Below are positions 1-13,808 of a stretch of 64,000 nucleotides of DNA, in pieces. Both the position numbers and the translations under genes were made by a program. Origin of the DNA: the human T2T-CHM13v2.0 reference genome, Homo sapiens; NCBI RefSeq assembly GCF_009914755.1, contig NC_060937.1. One strand, 5' to 3'. The notes beneath the pieces are model-generated. The model did no database searches and was not told where the DNA came from. It was given only the letters and a program-made list of their open reading frames with translations. The stretch's first letter is position 1; each line of letters opens with the position of its first letter.

Positions 1-906
1 CATACGCACGTCCTGCTTTGATGGAAATATGGTATTGCATTTACCTGTCCCTATGGTGTAGTGTGACTGTGTTTATGCAATGTTAATACAAAAGCACTAA
101 GCGGGAAGTAGGCTCAGTTCTGGGATCCCTTTCAGTCAGTGAATAGAGGACAGAGTTTGGTTCAGACACTTTTAATATGGTACCATTGCAGGGTTGGAAC
201 ATTATTTCTCCTATTCTAATTTGTTCATAGTAATATGTAAAAGCAATACAAATGCTTCAGATTTTCAGGTTTATGAATAAAAGAGAGCAGATATTCCACC
301 TGAGAACATGCCCAGTATTCTTTTATGGGATGGAAGGGGGTCCCTATGCCCACATATATTAAAGAGCGCACCTGCCTTCAATAAGCCTAGATCAGCATAT
401 ATAAGAGAACTGCATGCCAAATTTGCCTTGTAAATCAGGAATAAAAAGAGCAGACGTGTTTCTCGGCAAGGGAAAAAGTGAAGAGGTGCAGTTGAGATTT
501 GTGAGCTGAAAACGATCAGTCGAGCCAATGAAATCCTTGAAACATTCTGTACAATCGCAGCCACTTTCAGATTTTAATATTTCAGAAAAATAATCATTGC
601 TATTGTGTAAAGTAAAATATGCTAAATGCTCACAGCCTGTATAGAGCTATAATGCCTTATGTATTGTACTATTAAGAAATAAAACCTGCCTCTTCTATCC
701 TCATGGAAAACAGAGGACATATGTAACTAATCAACACATCCCAGTGAGATAATCCATTTACAGCTTGGTAAGAAAACTGATCATATTCTGTGGGCGACTC
801 CCCATCACCCATTTCCTCCAGCCTGACTCAAAGTCCTGTTGGAGATTGTGATTACACTTTTCTTATCCCTCAGTGAAGAGTCAGTTTCTGATGCTGTGTC
901 TGCCAT

Positions 907-928
907 TGTGTGTGTGTGTGTGTGTGTG
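907..928. repeat. (TG)n microsatellite
   Basis: About 11 perfect TG units read directly. Confidence 0.95.
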
Positions 929-2129
929 GTGTGTTGACTTATTTATTTAGCTCTGTTAGGCTCAGAATCAGAACAGCACAGATTTGTAGGACAATTTGTC
1001 ATTTTCTGGGACTGAGAAAAGATGAAGAATTCATCCATAGGGGCTACTTTTGGTGGCTTGGAATCAGAAAGGTTTACCTAGCCCAGTCTGTGCAGATGGA
1101 ATTTCTAGAAGTCTTTTGGAGAGACCAGAAAGCGAATGAAAAAATGGTACATTTTTGATAGGAACAGAAGAAAATGATGTGTGAATTCACCTAGTTATGT
1201 GGGACTTGATGAATCCAGATGGACTCTAAATCATTCTTTTATTTGCTGATTAGTGCCAGGGGTTTTGAGCCTTGTAGAGGGGCACAACACTGAAGCTCTG
1301 ACATTAAACAAACTGGTTTCAGTCCTTGGTTCTCAGTCAGGGCAGCTGTAAAATCAGATATGAGGACCTGAGACTGAGGAGCAGATGTAGTGTTTGCACT
1401 GGGCCTTTATGGTAAACAAGCTGCTCCTGGGCACAGCCCTTCACTCCTGCCCCCTCCCAGCCCGAGTTCATGTTCCTTATTGATGCTACTGAAAGAAGCT
1501 TCCTGGGGAGCCCAAAATGCATTCTTCGTCGGGCCATGTTAATTATTGTTTATAATCACCGAATACAGTTTATATCCAGATCTGACTTGGAAAGTAAGCT
1601 CAGGCAGGGGAGAGGATCTGAGAGTGGATTGCATACTTGGAATTCTAAATCATCGTTCCTTGTTTTAATTTTCCCTTCAGGAGGATGTTCTTGGCCCTTC
1701 ATGGGCTGGGTCACCTCCAGCTTGCACATTAATTCACAATGGAATTTCTACAGGACAAACAGGAGGGGGGTGGTTTAGGACACTATTGAAAACTATTTAA
1801 CTCTCTTTGGTCTCAAACTGGAGTCGACAGGCATTAAATGCACATGGGCAAACATATTGACACATGATTGGCTGTTTCAGTAAGCAGGGCCTTTACAACA
1901 ATTCCAAGCTGTTGACACTTTAAGAGAGCACTCCTTCCTCCCAAGTTACACTGGAGGATGCCTTGAATCTGTCTACACACTCAGTGGCTGCTCCTAAGTC
2001 TCTGTGTGGTGACCGACATCGACCAGGGTTAGCAGAAGCTGTTGAGAACACAAGGAAGGAAGCTTCAGGGAGCTGACAGCCTGGGCGGCCAGTACACCTC
2101 ACCTGAAAGATGGGGCATGGGCCAGAGCT

Positions 2130-2270
2130 TGGACACCAGAGTAAGCCCTGGCTTTGAATCCTAGTTCTGTGACCTTGGTCAAGGAGATTAATGTTTAGTA
2201 GCTTTGGTTTCTTTATCTGTAAAACAGGAATCAGAGTGGTAGCGACACTGCAAGGCCCTTACAAGAGGAA
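2130..2270 (+). mobile_element. MIR SINE fragment
   Basis: MIR core-like text: 'ctggctttgaatcctagttctgtgaccttggtcaag...tttctttatctgtaaaacaggaat'. Confidence 0.6.
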
Positions 2271-2539
2271 GTCAGCGGCTTTAGAGTCCTTCCAGCTTTT
2301 GTTCTGAATTTGCCTGGTAACTGGCTTTCTAGAAGAGCTCATTGCTGGATGGTTTGACTCCATAGCACGCGAGGAGTTTCGGCACCTGCTACCATCCTCA
2401 TTATTCGTTCACATGCTGGATAGTCCATGGAGTGGACAGGCAGCAAGAAGGATAGCAGCATGGAAGTAAATTGTGGATTTGTCAGCACCAGTGCTTTATT
2501 TGGACAGTTTTGCTGGAACTCAGCTCCTTGTGACTGCAC

Positions 2540-3500
2540 CATTCATGAGTGAGTTCACTCAACAAATACTGACTGAGCACCTGGCAGGTGGCAGGCATTG
2601 TTCTGTGAGCCAAGCAAAGTCCTTGCCGTTGCGGATTTACCTTCTAGCATGGAGAGAGAGAACAAACAGATAAATATGCAATATGGCAGAGGGCAGTCCT
2701 CACTGGAGGGAGAGATTAAGAAGGGTAGAGGGTAAGGAGTATTGCAAAAGGGGTGTGCAGTGCTTCTGTCCATGGGGTAGTCGGGGCAGGCATTTCTGGT
2801 TAGGCACGGAGGCAGGAAGCTGGGCCGGGCTCTGAGGAGGACATTCCAAGCAGGGATGTAGCAAGTCCGAGGACCCCGAGGTGGGAGCTGACTTGGTCCT
2901 TTTGAAAAGCTTCAAGGACTGTGATACCTGGGAAGCAGGGAGAGCTGGTGAGAAGTGAGTTCAGAGGCGGCAGGAGGTGGGCAGACCACCGTAAGCATCC
3001 TGGCTTATTTCTCTGGGTGGGAGGGGAAGCCATCGGAGGGTCTGAAGAAGGTAAAACTGAGATCTCTGCAAGGAAGCTGCCATGATTGTCTGGGGAGAGA
3101 GGATGATGGCCGGGTTGGGTGGCGGAAGTGGAGATGGTGAGAAGTGATCCCATTCAGGACATATTTAGGATGTAATGTGAAGACAGAAACTGTGGGTGGG
3201 TTGGTCCTAATTGTGAGGAAAAGAGAATGGATACGGGTGACTCCAGGGCTTCTGGCCTGGGCGCTGAAATACGTGTGTGGACATTTCTGAGGCAGAGACA
3301 GTGACAGGAAGCGAGGGATGGTGTGTATGTTCAGTTTGGGACACACTAGGATTAAGACGCCTGTTACCGAAGTGGCCTGTCCAGGCGGCAGTTAGCTGTC
3401 TGAGTGTTGAGAGACGCTGGCAAGTATACTTACATCTTACTGTGAATTTGAGGAAGGAATTGGGGCTTAGGGTAGAAATAAGGAGCTGAATAAATTTTGC
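2540..3500 (-). mobile_element. L2 LINE fragments (old, diverged)
   Basis: Starts with the L2 3'-end reverse complement 'ttcactcaacaaatactgactgagcacc...ggcattgttctg'; later 'ttcagtttgggacac', 'ggtgactccagg...tctggcctggg' typical of L2. Boundaries approximate. Confidence 0.55.
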
Positions 3501-4363
3501 CAACATTCCCTAATTGTCATAGACTTTGTCACCCGGATATCTCTCTAGATTCTAGAAAGTTTCCTCCGTGGGCATCCACCATTTGGGCCACTCAGAGGTA
3601 ACCTGGAGGGTAGGTGAAGTGAGTGTAGAGAAAGACCTAGGGCCCCTGGGAACTGTTCGCAATGCATTTGGGTGCACAGGTTGTCATGAGGGGAATTCAC
3701 TGTTAAAGCGACCATGAGGAAAAAGAGCACTGTTCTCTGTCATTCTCAGCAGCTTCAAGCGTTAGAAAGAAGAGAAGAAAGGAGCCAATTGTTTTAGTGC
3801 CATAAAGTGAGAGCCAGAATGTCTTCTCATAATGTTTATTTCAAGGAAGGTGTGTTATTTTGGAATTGGGGATGTTTCTAAACTTTTCTCCTAATTGATT
3901 TTTAGCTGGCCATTAGTAAAAAGAAAAATGATGAACAAAGTGATAACAGGTGGAAGGTTGATTCACCAAAGCAGGATTGCTGCTGCATAGAACGTTGAAC
4001 ACAGTACTGAAAAGAGCTCAACTCGGAAAGGTCAATTTGCAAACAGCATGTAGTTTTCAAGATGGCATTTCCAGTCTTAACCCAAGGGATTGTGCTAGCT
4101 GGCAGGACGTGTGGGCAAGAGTCTTTGCTTGTTGGTCTTCTCAGTTGCATCTTCCTATGAAGCTATCAGTAACACCATTTTTTGGAGATGAAGGCTGAAA
4201 TCTTAACAGTAAGTATTGCACTGGCTTAACAGGAGTATTTTGAAAACGAACACATTTATATACACAAAAGCTTAGAATCTACTTCCGGTGATGGGTGTTG
4301 GTGGTGGTGGTTTAGTCTGCAAAAGAGGAAAACCTAGGAATATTACATTACACCTGTGGATGA

Positions 4364-4441
4364 TGGAGAGTAAGATTAAATTGGAAAGCAAGGTTAAAAT
4401 GGAGTAATTAAAATGACTCAATTGGAGAGTAAGATTAAAAT
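4364..4441. repeat. Degenerate ~18-bp tandem repeat
   Basis: tggagagtaagattaaa at 4364 and 4423, with variants tggaaagcaaggttaaaa and tggagtaattaaaa in between. Confidence 0.6.
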
Positions 4442-4777
4442 GTTGAGAGACATTAGCAGAAATGTATAAAGTCTGCCTATAGTGCCGGCTTCCTGAATCA
4501 AGGCTGCACAAAGCACATTGGGAAACTAACTTTTCGAAACAGGAATCCAGATGATTTTCTCTATCATTAAAACCCCAACTGTGATTCCACTACACTGATG
4601 ATAGATTGCTTTTTGCACTTAAAGTTGGAAAAGTCTTAGTGTAATATGAAAGAATAAAGTCAGTAAGAGTTAGCTTGGAATCAGTACACTTTTTTTTTGT
4701 TGTCTAAAGAAAGACTTCATTGTACAAAGTTGAGACTTGGGAGGACAGTTACAAATATATGGGAGAATTTCCTTTTT

Positions 4778-4779
<2 letters not shown>

Positions 4780-4808
<29 letters not shown>
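4780..4808. repeat. (CA)n microsatellite
   Basis: About 14 CA units. Confidence 0.95.
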
Positions 4809-4812
<4 letters not shown>

Positions 4813-4990
4813 ACATCTGATGATGTATGGCATTCAAAGCCCTGTAGACTTCTCACCTCTCTGGGAAGCACTTTCTCCAACACAGCCAGTGTTTCCAGTG
4901 TGTTACTGGTTGTTTATGGGCGAATGGTGTGGGTTGATGGAGGGTCCCCTGGGGCTGCCATCCACTTTCTTGATGCTCTTTGCCATCTGA

Positions 4991-4993
<3 letters not shown>

Positions 4994-5031
<38 letters not shown>
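4994..5031. repeat. (TG)n microsatellite
   Basis: About 19 TG units. Confidence 0.95.
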
Positions 5032-5032
<1 letters not shown>

Positions 5033-6384
5033 ATGTCTGTTTTGATGAGGCTTCATGGTGAAGAAAAGAAGAGCTTTCATATTTCACAGGCAATCCGAGG
5101 CAGAATTATTTTTATTTGCAATAACATTAAACTCCTGATGTATCTCTGAGTCTGAATAATATGGAAACAGTGAGTAACAAAGGCAAAAGAATTCTACCAG
5201 TGAAGTGGAGAGTATTGGATTTGGAGGAAAGAGACCTCATAAGATTTTCCTATTTGCCTTTAAAGGAAGAATCTGTCTATAAATGCAGAAAGGTATAGCT
5301 CTCCAGATGTTTTGAAACAATTGGTCATGTATTAAAAAATGTAAGCTACTGTTTTGGTCTTTGAAATGGGAAATAAAAAGACTTCTGATTGTTTCTGAAG
5401 CCTCAACAGGATCGACATATGTTTTCAATGACCATGGTCTAGCAGGCATTAACTTCTAACTATAAATTATTTGTTGCAAATGGAAAATGAGTTGTCTGAA
5501 ACAGGCAAAAATAAATCTGTTGCTGTGTATCGCTGTGCTCGTGAAATTTCAGGCTTGGGTTTGCACACCGATGGCCTTAGGTTTTCTTACTAAAATTTCT
5601 AGTTTTGTCCAAAAGGCTCAAAAAAGTCCCAGGAGCTAGGAGCATGCTGTAGAAGGAGTTGGATCAAGGAAAATAGTGGACCACCTAGAGCGTGACACAG
5701 CTTTGGATGAAAGGGGCGTTAAATTGTGGGAATTGTCCACCACAGCCTCCGGTTTTAAACCAAGCGTCGTGCCTCACGTTAAAAATGAAAAAACAATGAG
5801 TGCAATTTAGTTCTGCTTCAGTAAATTTGGAACCTACATCATTTATTTTATTTGATTCAGCTTTTGTGCTCAAATATTATTCATTAGTATATAACCACAC
5901 TTTGTGGCTCAAAAATGACTGGAAGATCTAACCATGGTAGTGATGTCTTAAAGTCAGATTTACTTTCTTCTATGTTTTAGCAAGGATTAAAGAGTTATTT
6001 CATTCTTTTCTTTCCTGTGTTAAAGACCCATTCTTTTCTTTTGCTCATATATATGAATCCGTAGCAGTAGCTGTCACGTTAAGTGGGTTTGCCTTCAGGA
6101 AAGCATTTTCCTTCTTCTTAATTTTTGGCTTTTACAGCTCTCGAAATGGACCAAAAAATCCCTCATGTTCTAGACAAATGAAAGCAAAAAATTGTAATTA
6201 CTTTTTTAATCACTTCATAAATTTCCAGATCATTTTCCAGTATGTTTTAGACAGCCAGTTAAATAGCTTCTATTTCTTCTCCTTCCTATTTGATAAAAAG
6301 TACATAAATAAATTTAAGTAGCAGCAATCCCTGAAAATACTAATATCTGTCAATCATCTTTATTCACAAATAAAGGAGATATAG

Positions 6385-6389
<5 letters not shown>

Positions 6390-6426
<37 letters not shown>
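6390..6426. repeat. (TG)n microsatellite
   Basis: About 18 TG units. Confidence 0.95.
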
Positions 6427-6430
<4 letters not shown>

Positions 6431-6863
6431 TGCCCAGATTTAAGGGAAGAATGAAATAAGTGGTATCTTGGTCGATTAGCTCCAAAATCCATAAAAGGTG
6501 AGGGCAAATTAGAATCAAATTTTAAAGAATTTATTTCATTTTTCCAATTACATAAAAATTCAAAACAGACACATCTACTTTGTGGATTTGATTTTCATAT
6601 GGTTGCGATGCAGTTAGTATTTTGGAGTGAAGGCTGAGGAAATCTTGAAGCAATCTGATGAGATTTCCTGACTAGGACACACCCCAGGCTGCCCAACTCA
6701 AAGCACTTTTGGCATTTCTATTAAAGACACAGGCTGTCTGGAACAGATGACTTTACCATAAATACTTGTCTCTGAGCCGTATGGCTTGGCTAGTGGCTTG
6801 GCAAGTGCTGCGTCCCTTGCAGGTGCCTGTGGGCTTTGGTAAGGACCATACTGGAACATGTAA

Positions 6864-6893
6864 GTGTGTGTGTGTGTGTGTGTGCGCGTGTGT
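6864..6893. repeat. (TG)n/(CG) alternating purine-pyrimidine tract
   Basis: gtgtgt...tgtgcgcgtgtgt. Confidence 0.9.
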
Positions 6894-6914
6894 AGGAAGG
6901 AACATTTACTCTAT

Positions 6915-8035
6915 GTATACAGAAGGCACACATACACACCCACATCTACACATGCACACACCAACATACACATACACACTGCATACAGAACACACATGCA
7001 TAATACATACCTACACAGCTACACACACTTAAACACAATCCTTCCACTCATACATACACACATTTGCACCCACACATATACACATATGCATACGTGGCAA
7101 ACATGCACACATTCACATATACACATGCATACAGAAGACACATCCATGCACATCCACATATACACTGAACACAGAACACACATGCATACATACACACATG
7201 CATACACATGCATACAGAACACACATGCATACAGAACACACATGCATACATACACACATGTACACAGAACACAGGCATACAGAACACACATGCATACATA
7301 CACACATGTACACAGAACACAGGCATACAGAACACACATGCATACAGAACACACATGCATACATACACACATGTACACAGAACACAGGCATACAGAACAC
7401 AAATGCATACAGAACACACATGCATACATACACATACATGCACACAGAACACACACAGATATGCATACAGAATACATGCATACATACACACATGCACACA
7501 GAACACACAGGCATACAGAACACACATGCATACGTACACATACACATATGCACACACCCACCCACATACACACATGCACACACAGATACACACATGCATA
7601 CAGAACATAAATGCATGCATTACACATGCACATATACACAACCCCCCACACATACACACTTGCACATCTACACATATAGACACATCAACAGATGCACACA
7701 TAAACACATACACACACAGCTGCACATACAGAGCACACACGTATACATATACCCACACCCCCATACACATACACACATGCACAACCCCCTACATACACAC
7801 ACACATGCACACATATGTACAAAACTCACGTGCACACAGCTGCACACACATACACAAGTGCAAACAGTACACATATGCATACATATGGACGCCCACACAC
7901 ACATGCATATACATACACTCACATCAACACATGCACATGTATGCACACATATACACATAACACACATTCACAATACACAGATATAACCACAGGCACATAC
8001 ACATAGACACACACATACAGATACACATGCCCACG
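6915..8035. repeat. 1.1-kb CA-rich complex tandem repeat with a modular 15-17-bp core
   Basis: Continuous ca/ta/tg-rich sequence. Core 7210-7430 is built from gcatacagaacacacat, gcatacatacacacat and gtacacagaacacag. Confidence 0.9.
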
Positions 8036-9777
8036 CCCTTGCCTTATTGTCATATAACCTACTGTCTGTAGCACTAGCCTCTTTTTTAGCGATATTGTTT
8101 GCAAAATGTCGTGGAACATTCTGGTTCCTGTTCATGATAACAACTTCAGGCCTATCCTGGCCCAGGGCAGGGTGGGGAGCCTGTAGGGTGCTATGGACTG
8201 TCTTGTGATTTTTGATAGAGAAACTTCTGGTGGTGGTAAAACCCAAATGTTTGCCATCATGGAAGGTGCAGGAAGGGGGGCAACCCCTGTACACACTCCT
8301 GTGTCCAATTAAAGGCATGACCTCCTAGAATCAGGCCGCGTCCTCGGCTAGCAGCTGCTGCCCTCTCCCCTTTTCTGTTTCATTTGCTTTTTAAGCCCGG
8401 CATGATACTAGCTCTAGCTAGTATCGTTTATCATTGTTTCTTTCTTCTTGAAGTCCTGTCTTCTCTTTTCTAGGTTTGGATGATATTATTTCCCCATTGT
8501 TAAGAGTTCCTAGAAAACGGCTTGTCATGGAAACTTTTTCCTGACTTTTCTGTCTCCCCCTAGTCTCACAGTGGGCCCCTCCATCACCCTTCCATCCTCG
8601 GGGCCTGCCAGTAGGATGAGGAGCAGGCGCTGACTTGACCTGCCTCTTGCCGCAGGCTCCGGGAGCCGGGGAGTCCAGATCCTCTACAGGCGACTGGCTC
8701 CAGAGGAGATCCAGAGGAGATCAGGAACCACAGGGCAACTGCTCTTGCATAGGCCTGAAGGGAAGAGGGAGCTGGGTTAGAGAGAGGGTGAGAGAGCAAG
8801 GGAAGGATGAGCAGAAGGAGGGACTATGGGCAGGAGAGCCCAGACAAAGCTCATGTTTCTGTCTTTTAGCCACTGGCTACGTTCCCACCCTTGGGCTGAC
8901 GGTGACAACATTTCATCCTCACTAACATTTGTCCCTTGCTGTATGATTCAGCCCAAGCATGTTTTGGGTATTTGCATCCATGTGAAGCCTTACTTCCCAA
9001 TTGGTGGTGTTGTGCAGGCTGTCTGCCTTCTTGTGGTCTAACCTCCTCGGGCTTTAGGTCCAGGACCATCTAAAAACAGGAGAATCAGGAAATCAGCAGA
9101 AGCAGCCACCTTCAGGCTTCTGGAAGCAGCTGGGCTCCGGTGTGGCTGGGCTAGAGCCAGAGGTGCCCTGCTCCCCCTCACTCCTTCCTCATCAGGCTCC
9201 CTGGTGCTGAGTGTCCTCTCTTCTTCGACAGCCATTGGCCATGTGACTGGGCAAAGCAAAGGTAACATGGAACGAGCGAGGGAACAGAATATTAAATGAG
9301 GGGAGGAGGTGGCTGCCTTTCACAGGAATCCAGGAAAAAAATCCCTCTCTCTAGAGGATTCATTGATTGCAGAACATCTTAAAATAGTGGATTTTAAAAT
9401 GCAAAAGGCCAGGAATTCCCAAATGTTTTGTGATGAGGGGATGTGGAGCATCTGGACTTGTGCAGGCAGAAGGCTAATGGAGAGATCTTGGTTGGGCCGG
9501 TGGTGGTGGGGCCTTGCGGGGTGTGGCAGGTGACAGGAGAGATGGGAGCTTCTGGGGAAACGCCCATTGGAAGGAAGCAATTGAGATGCAGATTCCCGGA
9601 TATGGATGCTGTTAGGGCTCAGGAGTTGTGGAGTTGGGACTGTTTCACTGCCAAGAGGACTGGGGACTGGAGAGTGACCTGTGACTCAGCTGTGGCAGGC
9701 CTGGAACTCAGCACTGCTGCTGCCGCATCTGTGTGGGGCCCTCAGCTCCACTGCACTGTGTTGCAACAAGAATTGGG

Positions 9778-10413
<636 letters not shown>

Positions 10414-13400
10414 ATTCTTTCCTTATGCCCTGGTCTCTCCCCTTGGACTTAACAGCGTGGGCTGTGGGGATGCAGAGGATTTAGGGCCTGACGTATACCC
10501 AGCAGCAAACTCAGTGTGTGGGGAGCCCCGGGCGTTAAGTACAAAACAGAAAGTGCTCCTTATCCATGGCTGGAGCTCAAATGCCCAGACCTTCCTCATT
10601 ACAAAACTGTTTCTGCTCTCGTCCTCTGCTCTTCTCATACCCCCAGAGCACTCTTTTTCCTTTCTCTTCTTTTTTTCTAAATTTTATTTTTTCTTTGTAA
10701 TCATCAAACCCTCCAGGGTCACTGTGGCCCAACATATTCCACCAAATCAGAACAAGAGAAATATCCTGTATTGCTGGTGACAGTGCTTGGAGTTCCTTTG
10801 TCCTGAGGGGTCTATTTCTCCCCCAGTATTGCAGTCGATATTAATTCTGGAATTCTGGGAATGTTTCTGGAGGGCTCCAGAAATGAAGGCAGTTTGCTCA
10901 CTGTTTCATCTAGCTTGAGAGAAACATTGGTTTAAGCTGAGGGGACCTGAACAGCTGCCTGTATTTTCCTATGTATGTGGGTTTCCATGAAGTCCAAACA
11001 TTAACAAAGAAGGGAGAGGCGCCATATAATAAGCATCTCATTGACGCACTTGACTTTCATTAGGTCTGTGACACCTAGCCAGGTGCTCGTTTATGGGGCT
11101 GTTTGAGACTAATTGCTGAGGCTTTGTGCCAGTGCATGCGATTATGAGGAAGTTTCAGAACTACGTGCAGTGTGGAGGTGACGGGCTGTGGCGCTCCAGG
11201 AGGGGGATGCATGGAGCTGCACTCTGAGCAGACATAATGGAGTGCCCGCAACGTAAAATGGTGTCTATAATTGGATACTTTGCTGTTAAAAGCAGCTTGG
11301 AATCATGGTCACAGATGCCACTTATCTGTTTTCACGGGACAGAGAGTGAAGACAGAATGAAAGTAAGCTGGAATTGGTAAGGGGGCCATTAGGAATTTCT
11401 CTCCAGTATCCACCGTGTATCCTTTGGGTGGTCACAGCGTGGCTGTGCTGGGGGCCACACTGAAGCCCCAGGTGATGCTGGCCACAAAGTCCAGGGGCTT
11501 TCTGAGAAGTTGAAACTTGAAGGAGAATCAAAACCCCAAATTGGGTTTTCTCATGAAATCATCGGGTCATTTCTGGGGCTGCAGATTAGCAGGGCCTGAT
11601 GTTGAACAAATGATGATTTTTTCAGGTAGCAAGTTTCTATCCTTCGAAGTTTCTAGAATGAAAATCTGAAGAATTTATGGAACTCATTGAGGCTTGGGTT
11701 TATGTGCTCAGATTGGAATCTGGTAATACGTAAGGATCAGCAGTTCTGTCTCAGAGAGGCCTGATAATAAGAGGGAGTGGCAAAGCTTGGAAGGACAGGC
11801 AGAACACTGCCGCTAACCCTCTATAACTGAAGACATGGGAAAACTTAGCTAGTCCCTGCGACTTACTGGGCAAAGAGAGGAGTCAGTAATTTGTTGGGTG
11901 TTCCGAATGAAGTCTGTTTTGTGTTTTCCTGTTAACAAATTCTTCCCAGGTGGAAGGGAAGATTCAATAAACATCTGTCCCGATAGAGCTGTAAAGTGAA
12001 GGAGGGAAATGGGGAGAAAGAGAAAGCAACTGCTTCATTATCACGTTTGCTGATGAGCAGAAGGAGGGTAGAAATGCCAATCAGAGTTTGTGATTGTGCA
12101 AGTTTTTCGAGAAGCTTGCGTCACAAAGCAATAAGAAGAAATGAGTTCCAGGAAGCAATGGGGGTGACGGGGGGTGCGGGGGGAGGGGCGGGGTAGGGGA
12201 GTGGAGAAAGTCTTTTGAAGATCTCGTGGGAAGGCAACCTGCAAGGATCCATGGCTGTGTGCCGAGGACAGCCACCAGGCGAGCTCCAAATGAACCCCAG
12301 GATTATTTTTAGCTATCATGATAGAAATGAGGTGCTATTTTAAGCACTGATGGCACGTGTACCTATAACATTATGTACAGGTGAGGCACTGTAGATAAAA
12401 ATAACTTTAGAGAAGAATAGCCACGTGAAAGGCACGATCTAAATAGGGACATCTTTTCAGCGCACACTAGAACAGTGTTCTCGAAGCCAGGGCCTCCCCT
12501 GTCACCAATCCACAGCCACGCCGGCCCCTCTACTCCAATCTGTAGGAGGGAAAAGACATTTCCTGTCTTGCTTCTGCCTTCTCTGGATTAAATTCTCCCT
12601 AGCACACTCTGTTCACAAGCTATTCTTTAAGCTGCAGAATATTGTTTCAAAGAGGGGACCAGCCTTTCCTTTACTTTCACTGACATTTTATTTTCTTGAT
12701 TCTGAAGGTCTCCACCCCCTATTCATGTTATTTTTAAAAACATTAAAAATGTTATTTTTAAAAACCACCATGCCACTTTTCTCCCCCACATCTTTATCCA
12801 AAGCCTGGAGTGGACGGGCCTGGTGAGTCCAGAGTCTGTCTGCACTTTGATGAGGGGTGGGGCGCGTGAGTCAAGAACATTTGTGGAGGCAGCAGGCAAG
12901 GCCAAAGGTCCAGGACACCAAGACGAAAAATCAAGGATTTTGCTATATCTACCATCAAGAATTATTATTGCCACACAGATGTGCAGGAATGATAGTGGCA
13001 TATGTGATAGCTTTCATCCTATCAAGGCTGCTGAGGAAAAGTGGAAAGAAATAAATGTGCTTACTTTTCTACCCAAAGAACTCTAGCACTGTCCAAAATC
13101 ACACCTGCACATTTCAACACAACTTACTTCAAACTTTAAAATTGTTACGAAACAACTAACTTCTTGCCTTCTAAGTTTTAAGAAACTTCAAGAAATTCAA
13201 TCAGTTCTTTTTTTTAAGAGAACAAAATTTTCTTTTTGTCTTTGATAGTCTTAAATTTTATGATGATGTGAAAAGGTGTAAGTCTGTTTTTATTCAATGC
13301 GGCACACACAGAATCTGGGGATGGGGACCAGGGATCTGTTTTATACACACACCCTCCTTGTAAGGCTGATACAGCTCAGATGTGAGGATGGTGAGGGCTT

Positions 13401-13478
13401 CGGATTAATTTTGCAACTTCAGCCACCGCATGAAGTCAGGCATTGTGGTGTCCTAGGGGGTTGTCTAGATGTTTGGAT

Positions 13479-13637
13479 CAGTAGTTCCCAAAGTGTGGGC
13501 CCTGGAAACTTGCGAGATGTTGCCAGCTCTTGGGCCTTATTCCAGAGCCCCCCAAAGCAGAAATGCTGGAGTGGGACCCCCACACCCTGGTTTTAACCAT
13601 CCCTCCCTCTGATGCACGCTCCTGTTTGAGAACCACG
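13479..13637. mobile_element. MER5A-like hAT-Charlie DNA transposon
   Basis: Terminal inverted repeats cagtagttcccaaag / tttgagaaccacg; followed by attctaga, a hAT-Charlie-type target. Confidence 0.65.
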
Positions 13638-13645
13638 ATTCTAGA

Positions 13646-13808
13646 CCATCGTTTCCAATTCTATGCATATAAGGATCACCTGGGGATCTTGTTAAAATGC
13701 AGTTTTCATTCTGTAGGTCTGGGCTAGGGCTTGAATTTCTGCTTTGCTAACAAGTTTCCAGGTGCTGCCAACACTGTGGATTCGTGGACCACCCTTAGAG
13801 TAGCCAGG
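13646..13808. mobile_element. MER5B-like hAT-Charlie DNA transposon
   Basis: 'gatcacctggggatcttgttaaaatgcag...taggtctggg...taacaagtttccaggtgctgcc...ggaccaccc' matches the MER5 family. Confidence 0.7.

Noticed and set aside
6864-7986. Overlapping 170-260-aa His/Thr-rich and Cys/Val-rich ORFs
   Set aside because: Translations of a CA/TG tandem repeat that lacks stops in several frames on both strands; the 16-aa periodicity is the 48-bp DNA unit.
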